Below are positions 17,801 to 24,650 of a stretch of 36,237 nucleotides of DNA, one piece after another. Below the pieces are notes generated by a model. That model searched no databases. It saw nothing but the letters and a program-made list of their open reading frames with translations, and was not told where the DNA came from. Numbering within the stretch: position 1 is the stretch's first letter; the number at the start of each line of letters is the position of its first letter. This DNA comes from Candidatus Hermodarchaeota archaeon (GTDB lineage: Archaea; Asgardarchaeota; Lokiarchaeia; Sigyniarchaeales; SOKP01). Location: NCBI GenBank assembly GCA_048885575.1, contig JBHLLM010000001.1, forward strand, positions 1 to 36,237. Reading direction: 5' to 3'. The position numbers and the translations under genes are program-made.

Positions 17801-18316
17801 TCCCGCTTCGCATTCTTTTACACAAAGTTCACATGCCCCTTTTGTTAGATATAAACATCTTTCAGCGTCTATGACTGCTTTTCGAGGGACTGCTTGTGGA
17901 AACGGTATATATATTGCTGTCCGGTTGCCCATACCTTCCTCAAACTCAGACGGTATTTTCTTCATAGGGCACTTCTCTGAACATGCTCCACAACCAGTGC
18001 AGCTATCCCAGTTTACATATTTAGCCTTCTTTAAAACTTTCACATTGAAATTACCTGCTTCTCCACTCACTTCTTGAACCTCAGAATAAGCTAATAATTC
18101 AATGTTTGGATGACGGGACGATTCTACCATCTTAGGTGCTAAAATGCAGATACTGCAGTCCAAAGTAGGAAATGTTTTATCTAACTGTGCCATTCTTCCT
18201 CCAACGGAAGATGATTTTTCTACAAGAATGACTTTATATCCTTGGTCTGCCAAAGTTAAGCTTGCTTCTATTCCACTAATACCAGCACCGATTACCATAA
18301 TATTACTATTCGGCAT
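14828..18316 (-). CDS. hdrA: Tandem HdrA-like flavoprotein fused to an MvhD domain (1162 aa)
   Basis: Residues 1-430: FAD domain (VIGAGISGIEASL, signature LDKTFPTLDCSICILAPKM, YCSKFCC) with an inserted 2x[4Fe-4S] ferredoxin (CTGCGACSEKCP, CELCVKEC). Residues 452-585: HdrA N-terminal Cys4 domain (PRIGVFVCRCGVNIAG, AACTPR). Residues 594-925: second FAD domain (VVGGGVSGMSAA, YCSLICC) without the insert. Residues 936-995: ferredoxin (CIACQKCEEVC, CKGCGDCSAACP). Residues 1016-1162: MvhD. Confidence 0.9.
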   Translation of the reverse strand: MPNSNIMVIGAGISGIEASLTLADQGYKVILVEKSSSVGGRMAQLDKTFPTLDCSICILAPKMVESSRHPNIELLAYSEVQEVSGEAGNFNVKVLKKAKYVNWDSCTGCGACSEKCPMKKIPSEFEEGMGNRTAIYIPFPQAVPRKAVIDAERCLYLTKGACELCVKECEAGAINWDMKDDVAEYNVASIIVATGIDLLDPSVLDRYHYGEYPNVITAMQYERLLSASGPTGGELLKPSDKEHAYKIAFIACVGSRNEDLCAYCSKFCCMYMAKEGVVTREHAPDTNVTIYFNDIRVIGKNQEEFIERAKEEYDLHYHHGIPGDIREDPKTHELLVKSANLDNGNVQVDKYDLVVLANAVTPRKDAVDLAKILSIEQNELGFYKTQDSTEDLRSTREGIYVTGSCQSPDDIANSVAKAGGAAALAANHAVPLSPEETEVILTPLIPVKQGDEPRIGVFVCRCGVNIAGYVDVPSLVEYAKTLPNVVYTMENKYSCSQLTQDIIKEKIKELNLNRVVVAACTPRTHEPLFQKTIREAGLNEYLFNFVSIRELDSWVHMNDNPRATDKAKDLIRMGVVRVSAQKPEFRIKGKVVPEALVVGGGVSGMSAAMEIAKKGFKVHLVEKEDKLGGQLNLIYKINFDRIESKQFLKNKLNELNNMKNITTYLSSKVADIKGSIGDFKVTLQNNSGDNKTNLNVGVIITATGAYEYKPEGWYNYGNNDKVMTQLELSEKLRNNELKDGETFVFIHCVGSRQPEGGNGVTYCSLICCSESIRHALYVKENYPSSNIYVLYRDIRVGTDEEQFYWKAREDINYIRFNEYPDYEEVNGEFRVNVKDILTQTNLTITADRVVLSTPLIPFDTKRLGEQIKCARDQNGYFLEAHVKLRPVDFATDGIYLAGTCHSPKGIADSISQGRAAAAHALIPLISGEVENEPLVSIVDPALCIACQKCEEVCNFGAIGVNFENEKLVSESNPLLCKGCGDCSAACPAGAITMRHFSDDQILSMIREAVRGEFLDERPRIVAFLCNWCSYAGADTCGVSRFQYPTNIRPIRVMCTGRIPKSFILQAFLEGADGVFIGGCHIGDCHYLEGNYDMLRRFNEIHEILEKVGINPERYRLEWVSASEGKKFSQVVTEFTNRIKDLGPMPKTGDKIEPKKEKAKEGV
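14831..15271 (-). other. mvhD: MvhD (methyl-viologen-reducing hydrogenase delta subunit-like) domain at the C-terminus of the HdrA fusion
   Basis: PRIVAFLCNWCSYAGAD...IRVMCTGRI...GADGVFIGGCHIGDCHY, the canonical MvhD/FlpD cysteine pattern. Confidence 0.85.
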
Positions 18317-18997
18317 CTTTCGTCAGTTTCTACTTATTTTTTTAGTTTTTTCAAATTTCAAAATGTAATTAACTATCAAGTTTGATTAATAATTAAATTA
18401 ATCATTATACTTTGAATTTTATAACTATTTATGATAAGTTTCTTTAAAAGAATTTCTCTTTATTACTAAAAGGTTAAACTCGATACACAAAAGTTATTCT
18501 TTTTTTCACTTTTTAATTATACTTTTAAAGAAAAATGTTGCATTAACAATAATAGAATGCACTTTCCAAGGGGATTTAACAGGAGAGATTCTCTCTTCTA
18601 TGATCAATGATGACATTTTTTTCATATTTTTTATGAAATTTTGACTTTTTGAGTTACTTATCATACGAATTCTGCTCTTTTTATGAATAACATTGATTTT
18701 TTTTCCTTTATATCATCCAAGAAAAACAGTGAATTGGAGATAAAAACATATTTAAATACATAATTTTATTACTTAAATGACATTTATATTCAATTTTGGA
18801 TTAACGAAGATTCCATTTAAACAAAAAAAAATATAAGATTTGATTTTCATCTAACATTAAAGAATTATATTATCTGTATATTAATACCAAATAAAAACCC
18901 ATTTAAGTTAATAATCAAATAAGAACCATCTATTACATGAAGAGTCCGACTAAAGCTTTACTTGGAACAATAGGATTCAAAAAACGAGCATATTATC

Positions 18998-19678
18998 ATG
19001 AAAATTACAGTTTCGGGTCCAACTCAGAGCGGAAAGTCAAGTTTTATTAAGTTTTTTGACGAAAAAGCCTTGAATGTAGAGGCAAAAGCTAGAGATAACA
19101 AATATTATACAGTTGGAATGGACCTGGGTAATGTTAAATTAAATGGGTTTGATGTCTTCCTATTTGGAACTCCTGGTTTATTAAGATTTAATGTTATGAG
19201 AGATGTTATCGTTCGAGGAGCAGATGGTCTAATTTTCATATTTGATGCGGCTCATCCAGAAAAAGATGAAGATGCAATTATTATACTTAATGCTCTTAGA
19301 AAGGCGATAGGATTCGATACACCAATTGTGTATTTGGCGAATAAACAAGATGTAGCAGGAGCGCGTCATGCCCATGTGGTGAGAACTCAGAATTACTTGC
19401 GGGATGATGCTGTGATATTTCCAACATGTACGAGGACAGGAGATAATTTAGAAGAGGCATTAAAATATCTTGTAAATCAAATATACGATCATTACGCTTC
19501 ACTTCTCACAGTGCTCCGATCATACGAAACTGATATAGATGGTTTGCAAGAAAAGCTAAACAAGAATCCTGTTGAAATGAGAGATTTTTTAAATAACCTT
19601 GAGATAAAAAGATTTATTGAAGTTGATAGGATAAATAGAACATATAAAGTGAAACAGGGGCTAAAACTCTTAATATAA
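18998..19678 (+). CDS. Atypical small GTPase (MglA/Arf-superfamily-like G domain) with a roughly 60-aa C-terminal winged-helix-like extension
   Basis: G1 GPTQSGKS. G3 is FGTPGL, which lacks both the Asp and the catalytic Gln and resembles the MglA TxPG form. G4 NKQD; G5-like TCTRTGDN. The C-terminus PVEMRDFLNNLEIKRFIEVDRINRTYKVKQGLKLL resembles a wHTH recognition helix plus wing. Confidence 0.75.
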   Translation: MKITVSGPTQSGKSSFIKFFDEKALNVEAKARDNKYYTVGMDLGNVKLNGFDVFLFGTPGLLRFNVMRDVIVRGADGLIFIFDAAHPEKDEDAIIILNALRKAIGFDTPIVYLANKQDVAGARHAHVVRTQNYLRDDAVIFPTCTRTGDNLEEALKYLVNQIYDHYASLLTVLRSYETDIDGLQEKLNKNPVEMRDFLNNLEIKRFIEVDRINRTYKVKQGLKLLI

Positions 19679-19681
19679 CCG

Positions 19682-21595
19682 TTAGAGCTGCAATAATTCT
19701 GAGGGTGTGATCTCTTCTTTTCCTAATTTTCGTTGTAAATCTTTTAGCTCTGATCTCTGCCTAAAGAGAACGTCCCAAAAGAACTCAGGAATTTCTTTTT
19801 CTTCCTTGTACATTTCTTCCATACGGTTTAATTTATCAAGGAGAAAAATGATTCGCAGGGAGAATTGTTCGATATAGTCCTCGTAAGAATAATTTTTATT
19901 TAATTCTATCTTGAAGAGATTTTTTAAATCTTCATATTTTGGAAGATAACCAATTGGACTTTTAATTGCATCAAAGTCACCTTTAGTACGACCTTCTGCC
20001 CATATAACCCAAACTTTTTTATCTAAAATAGAATTCAAATATTTTCCATCTTTTCTTTTAAGAAAATAGTTCGTAGAAAAAACTTTAGGGCAATGTTTCA
20101 ACAGGGTACCAAATTTTTGGTGGTTCGTAAGATATTTACCTAGAGGGACAACTAAGAAATCGAGATTAGCCATTGGGCTAGCGGTTCTAACGCCTACAGC
20201 ACCAAGGGTTGCTGATGTTGTTTCAGATTCGATTGTAGCTCCTAAAAAAATTCCATGCTCCCAATTTATGCTTTCTACTATGGGAGGCATTGTTTCTGAG
20301 TCTCTTCCACCGTAGAATATTCCGTGGATAGGGACACCATCGGGATCTTCTAATTTGGGATCACAATTAGAAAGATCATTAAGTCTAATTGTATATCTGG
20401 CATTTGGGTGTGCGAAAGGTATTTTATTACCATTCTTATCAGTAATACCATCAATCCAATTTCCATAATGATTGAAACCTTCTTTGGGATGATCTATACC
20501 CATTCCAATCCAAAAGGGTCTACCCTCTTTCACAAGAACATTAGAATATATTAATTCCCTTGGCGTATTGAGTGCTTCATAAATAACTGGATCATCTTTT
20601 GCATTAACATCTTTAATGATTCCAAAAATCCCTTTTTCTATATTGACGGCGTGAGCAAAACCATCTTTCCACGAACGCAGATATGCAATGTCATCCCCTA
20701 TAATTAGTTGCCCGGGAAGCATCGCTGTTGATGTTTTTCCGCAAGCACTTGGAAAAGCTCCAGTAAAATAAGTTACTCGATTTTTTCCTTTCGGGCAAAC
20801 TCCTAAAATGAAATAATGTTCAGAAAGCCAATCTTCATTATTTGCTTTATATATAGCCAAGCGTAAAGCTAATTTCTTTAATCCAAGAGAATTTCCGGCA
20901 TATTGGTTGTTGACAGTCAATACTCTTCCTTCTTGCAAGTCAATATAAATACGACGCTTGTTAACATTTTTAGTAACTGGAGGATTTCCCACAAGCTCCC
21001 CAGCAGAATGTATAAAATAAAAGAAATCCTTGAAATCATTAAATTCTTTAAATTCTTCGTACCCAGCTCGATATAAAAGATCTTCTGAATGAGCAACATA
21101 AAACGAATCTGTGAGCTGTAATGCTCCAATAGTAAATTTAGAGTGCAATGGTCCAAGACAAAAAAACCTAACAACACATTCCTTTCCATTCATGCACCCA
21201 TCCATAACATCTAATATTTCTTCGAGGCCCTCATCTCTATCCATAGTATTAATCCATGGACTTCGATATTCACCTTTCGGAATTAGTACTTTAGTGTTTT
21301 TTTTATCTCTTGCTTGATCAAAATAGCTATCGTAGTGAATTGTATGTCCCTCTATTTCAAGCTTAGATTCTTCTTTATTAGTTAGAGCTTTCTGCTTCAC
21401 GTATTCAATATCCTCTTTAGAATCAGAGATCACAGTAACTTTACTTGGTTTGCAGAGAATTACAAATTCTTTTACAATATTTAATACGCGCTCATTTTGT
21501 AAGGCAAAAAGCTTCTCGACATCCTTTTGAGAAATTAAAGCATTATTTATAAATTCCGAAAAAGCTAGTTTGTTATTCATTTTAATCTGTTTCAA
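19682..21595 (-). CDS. pckG: Phosphoenolpyruvate carboxykinase (GTP)
   Basis: GTP-PEPCK kinase-1a loop FPSACGKTS, with typical size (637 aa) and surrounding conserved blocks (GDDIAYL, YGGRD, FSTNYFL). Confidence 0.9.
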   Translation of the reverse strand: MKQIKMNNKLAFSEFINNALISQKDVEKLFALQNERVLNIVKEFVILCKPSKVTVISDSKEDIEYVKQKALTNKEESKLEIEGHTIHYDSYFDQARDKKNTKVLIPKGEYRSPWINTMDRDEGLEEILDVMDGCMNGKECVVRFFCLGPLHSKFTIGALQLTDSFYVAHSEDLLYRAGYEEFKEFNDFKDFFYFIHSAGELVGNPPVTKNVNKRRIYIDLQEGRVLTVNNQYAGNSLGLKKLALRLAIYKANNEDWLSEHYFILGVCPKGKNRVTYFTGAFPSACGKTSTAMLPGQLIIGDDIAYLRSWKDGFAHAVNIEKGIFGIIKDVNAKDDPVIYEALNTPRELIYSNVLVKEGRPFWIGMGIDHPKEGFNHYGNWIDGITDKNGNKIPFAHPNARYTIRLNDLSNCDPKLEDPDGVPIHGIFYGGRDSETMPPIVESINWEHGIFLGATIESETTSATLGAVGVRTASPMANLDFLVVPLGKYLTNHQKFGTLLKHCPKVFSTNYFLKRKDGKYLNSILDKKVWVIWAEGRTKGDFDAIKSPIGYLPKYEDLKNLFKIELNKNYSYEDYIEQFSLRIIFLLDKLNRMEEMYKEEKEIPEFFWDVLFRQRSELKDLQRKLGKEEITPSELLQL

Positions 21596-21729
21596 GGTAT
21601 AGTTTTAAAAAGTTAAAAAAGCATTAAAAAGCTTATTAAAGCTAAGCGCTATTGAACTTTTTTTAGATAAAGATCAGTTTATAATATATAAAATAAAAAA
21701 ATTAAGAATAAATAGATATTTCTCTTGGT

Positions 21730-23319
21730 TTATCCTAATCCAGGAGGTTTACTTCCTTTGGCACTAATAATTCTATCAACTCTTAAAATTAGGTTTGCTA
21801 ATTCGCTTCCAGCTTTGATTACATGAGTAATTAAAGCTGCGGGTTCAATTATTCCTTTTTCAAAATTATCTCCAATTTCGTTTGTAATAGTGTCAATTCC
21901 TTTCCATTTATCATTTTCAGTTTTATGAGCAGCACGTAATTCAGTCATATTCTCTATTTCGTCTAAACCTGCGTTTTTGATTAAAGTTTTTGGAACTTCT
22001 TCTAGAGCAATTGCGAAAGCATTTATAGCAAGTTGTTCTTTACCGCTAATTTGGTTTGCATAATCTCGTAATCTTTTCGCAATTTCTATGTAGGTTGCCC
22101 CACCACCAGCAACAACGGCTTCGGTATCCATAACTTTCGCAACTACTGAAAGCACATCGTGTAAAGTAATCTCAGCAGAATTTAAAATTTTCTCTAATCC
22201 TCCTTTCAGCAATATAGAAACAGATTTGGGATTCTTACATCCCGTAAATAGGGTATACTCATCGCTACCAAGCTTTTCAAATTTTACATTCTCTGCAAAA
22301 CCTAAGTCTTCTTCGCTTAAAGAGTTGAGATCATCAACAGATTTGGCTCCAATTGCTTTAGTTACCGCTTTCATATCAGAATCTCCAAGATTTTTTATTG
22401 CAGCTATTCCTTCTTTTGCTAAATAGGCCCCGAATTTATCAGATATGTCCTTATTGTTAACAACCATATTCACCCCTAAATCTTTGAAGATTTTCAAGTA
22501 ATCGACGAGTATTTTTTCTTCTTGTGCAAGAAATTTTTGGATGTCAGCTGGGTTCGAAATTCTTATTTGGGCATCGAATTCTGTTTTTACAACATCTAGC
22601 TTTCTTCTGATGACGGCAATTTTCGCATTTTTTACAACATCAGGCATCGCGGAATTAACTTTTTCTTTCTCTATATAAACTCCATTTATTAGCTCAGAAT
22701 CTCTTAAAGATTTCCCAGGAGCTTTTACAATTTTAACGTTTCCTACTTTCGAGAAAGTATTTCCATCTTCTCCCCTTATGTGTTTTATAGCTTTTAATGT
22801 TAATTCAGCGAAATAATCCTTCACTCCTACAATGTCTTTTGCGTTCATAGTGGTCTTAGCAGCATTTATAAGTAGTTTATCATCGTCTTGAGATATTTTA
22901 GCAGCTATCTCATTTATTATTTTTAAAGCTTTATCTGCTGCTAATTTATAACCATGAGTAATAGGTTTTGGATGAATATCCTGCTCGATAAGTTCAAGAG
23001 CATTCCCTAATAACGCAGCTGAAAAGATAACAGCAGTAGTAGTGCCATCTCCTATGTCTTCATCGATAGATTTAGCGATATTTACCATCATATTTGCAGC
23101 AACATTATCGATATCAAGTTGCTTTAGAATTTCAGCGCCATCATTTGTTATGGTAACATCTCCTACAGAATCTACAAGCATTTTATTCATACCTTTTGGT
23201 CCCAATGTAGATTTTACGGTTTCGGTAATAGCCATAATCGCATTTATGTTTTGCATTCGAGCTTCTTTTTCTTTCGTTTCTTCCGTTCCTTCTTTAAGAA
23301 TTATAATCGGTACAGACAT
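21730..23319 (-). CDS. ths: Thermosome subunit (group II chaperonin, CCT/TCP-1 family)
   Basis: Signature blocks TLGPKGMNKML, ITNDGAEIL, GDGTTTAV and VAGGGA. GAGGT SD lies 7 nt upstream. Confidence 0.95.
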   Translation of the reverse strand: MSVPIIILKEGTEETKEKEARMQNINAIMAITETVKSTLGPKGMNKMLVDSVGDVTITNDGAEILKQLDIDNVAANMMVNIAKSIDEDIGDGTTTAVIFSAALLGNALELIEQDIHPKPITHGYKLAADKALKIINEIAAKISQDDDKLLINAAKTTMNAKDIVGVKDYFAELTLKAIKHIRGEDGNTFSKVGNVKIVKAPGKSLRDSELINGVYIEKEKVNSAMPDVVKNAKIAVIRRKLDVVKTEFDAQIRISNPADIQKFLAQEEKILVDYLKIFKDLGVNMVVNNKDISDKFGAYLAKEGIAAIKNLGDSDMKAVTKAIGAKSVDDLNSLSEEDLGFAENVKFEKLGSDEYTLFTGCKNPKSVSILLKGGLEKILNSAEITLHDVLSVVAKVMDTEAVVAGGGATYIEIAKRLRDYANQISGKEQLAINAFAIALEEVPKTLIKNAGLDEIENMTELRAAHKTENDKWKGIDTITNEIGDNFEKGIIEPAALITHVIKAGSELANLILRVDRIISAKGSKPPGLG

Positions 23320-23360
23320 AATTTTACCTCTTCTTATTATTCAAAAATTTAACTTATATC

Positions 23361-23415
23361 ATTTTTTAATGACTCAATTTATAAGAATTTTATGATTTGG
23401 AGATCATTAAAAAAT
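23361..23415. promoter_or_regulatory. 12-bp perfect inverted repeat (ATTTTTTAATGA / TCATTAAAAAAT) with a 31-nt spacer in the divergent thermosome-lrp intergenic region
   Basis: Arms at 23361-23372 and 23404-23415. The spacer contains a TATA-like TTTATAAG (23378-23385, CTTATAAA on the thermosome strand) about 60 nt upstream of the thermosome ATG. Confidence 0.3.
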
Positions 23416-23503
23416 AAAAACCTAGAGATGCAAAAATTATTTATAATTTTCAATTATTTTTTCTAATGTTGAACAAAACATCAAAAAAAATTACTTATTA
23501 AAA

Positions 23504-23995
23504 ATGAAAGAAGAAAAAATAATCGTAAATGGAGAAGAGAAAGTAAAGATAACTCTTGACGAAATAGACGAAGCTATCATAAAAACATTGCAAGAAGACG
23601 CCAAAACATCATATCGAGAAATTAAAGAAGAATTAAACATCTCAATTGGTACAATCCACAATCGAATTTCTAAGTTGGAGGAACACAAGGTTATTGAAGG
23701 CTATACCCTTAAACTCAATAACGAAATATTAGGTTATAAATTAACATTTTTAATAAGAATTAACATTGATGGAAAACATACTCAAGAAATTTTAGAAGAA
23801 ATAACAAAAATACCAGAAGTTTGTTCGGTCTTTCACACAACAGGAGAACAATCTGCTGCACTAATTTGTAGATTTAAAGAGGCTCAAGATGTTCATAACT
23901 TTATTCGAAAACTTAATGAAAAAGAGCATGTAACAAAAACTAACTCGAATATGGTTTTAAAAGAATATAAGAATTCTTCAATTGTCATTTCGTAA
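23504..23995 (+). CDS. Lrp/AsnC family transcriptional regulator, divergent from the thermosome gene
   Basis: HTH LDEIDEAIIKTLQEDAKTSYREIKEELNISIGTIHNRI followed by a RAM-like domain. 163 aa. Confidence 0.85.
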   Translation: MKEEKIIVNGEEKVKITLDEIDEAIIKTLQEDAKTSYREIKEELNISIGTIHNRISKLEEHKVIEGYTLKLNNEILGYKLTFLIRINIDGKHTQEILEEITKIPEVCSVFHTTGEQSAALICRFKEAQDVHNFIRKLNEKEHVTKTNSNMVLKEYKNSSIVIS

Positions 23996-24015
23996 TGCGA
24001 TTATAATTATCAATT

Positions 24016-24423
24016 CTAATCATCCGAATTTTTTGGTTTGAAATCCAAAGAAATTGAGTTAATACAGTATCGTAAACCTGTTGGTTTTGGTCCATCATCA
24101 AATACATGTCCCAAATGCCCACCACATTTATTGCATAATACTTCAGTTCTTCTCATATTAAGGCTACTATCTGGGGCTTCTTCAACATTAGAATCTATTA
24201 GTGGTGCCGAAAAACTAGGCCAACCTGAACCTGACTTAAATTTAGAGTTTGAATCAAACAAAGGAGCTCCGCATCCCGCACAATAATAAATGCCTTTTTC
24301 TTTATTGTTCCAATATTTTCCCGTAAAGGGTCGTTCAGTTCCTTTTAATCGTAATACGCGATATTGTTCCTCTGTTAATTTTTCCTTCCATTCTTCTTCA
24401 TTTTTAGTTTTGTTTTCTGTCAT
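24016..24423 (-). CDS. msrB: Peptide-methionine (R)-S-oxide reductase
   Basis: SelR/MsrB motifs: zinc CxxC pairs ([27 protein letters not shown]) and the catalytic RYCINS. Confidence 0.9.
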   Translation of the reverse strand: MTENKTKNEEEWKEKLTEEQYRVLRLKGTERPFTGKYWNNKEKGIYYCAGCGAPLFDSNSKFKSGSGWPSFSAPLIDSNVEEAPDSSLNMRRTEVLCNKCGGHLGHVFDDGPKPTGLRYCINSISLDFKPKNSDD

Positions 24424-24650
24424 CTTAACTAAAAGATTAAAAGTTAAATTAATATATATTGTTCTTATATCCTTTTAATTAAAGCTAAGTTCTATTAACA
24501 ATTTGAAGCAAAAAAGAGAAGAAAGAGTTTAAAATATTATTCATTTAATTAAATAGTCTTAATCTTTATCAAAATTTTTAATTGGTTTCAATTTTTATTA
24601 TTTACAATAATATTAAACCTTAGAAACAAAAAAAAGAGAATTTTAAAAAA

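Noticed and set aside
14828-18316. Possibility of selenocysteine (in-frame TGA) or a frameshift joining two hdrA genes
   Set aside because: The ORF is continuous with no internal stop, and the junction between the modules (residues 430-455) reads as ordinary linker sequence. Only raw-read inspection could exclude an assembly artefact.
16142-18368. Several 60-107-aa plus-strand ORFs inside hdrA (16142-16363, 16233-16430, 16854-17036, 17321-17644, 17418-17693, 17871-18077, 18144-18368)
   Set aside because: All are antisense to a 1162-aa ORF with unambiguous HdrA/MvhD motifs along its full length, so they are shadow ORFs.
18606-18613. AATGATGA (C-box-like) in the long intergenic region, considered as the start of a C/D box sRNA
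   Set aside because: No CTGA D box lies within the following 50-75 nt (only CTGC at 18672-18675), and there are no C'/D' boxes. A similar check of other intergenic regions also found no complete C/D architecture.
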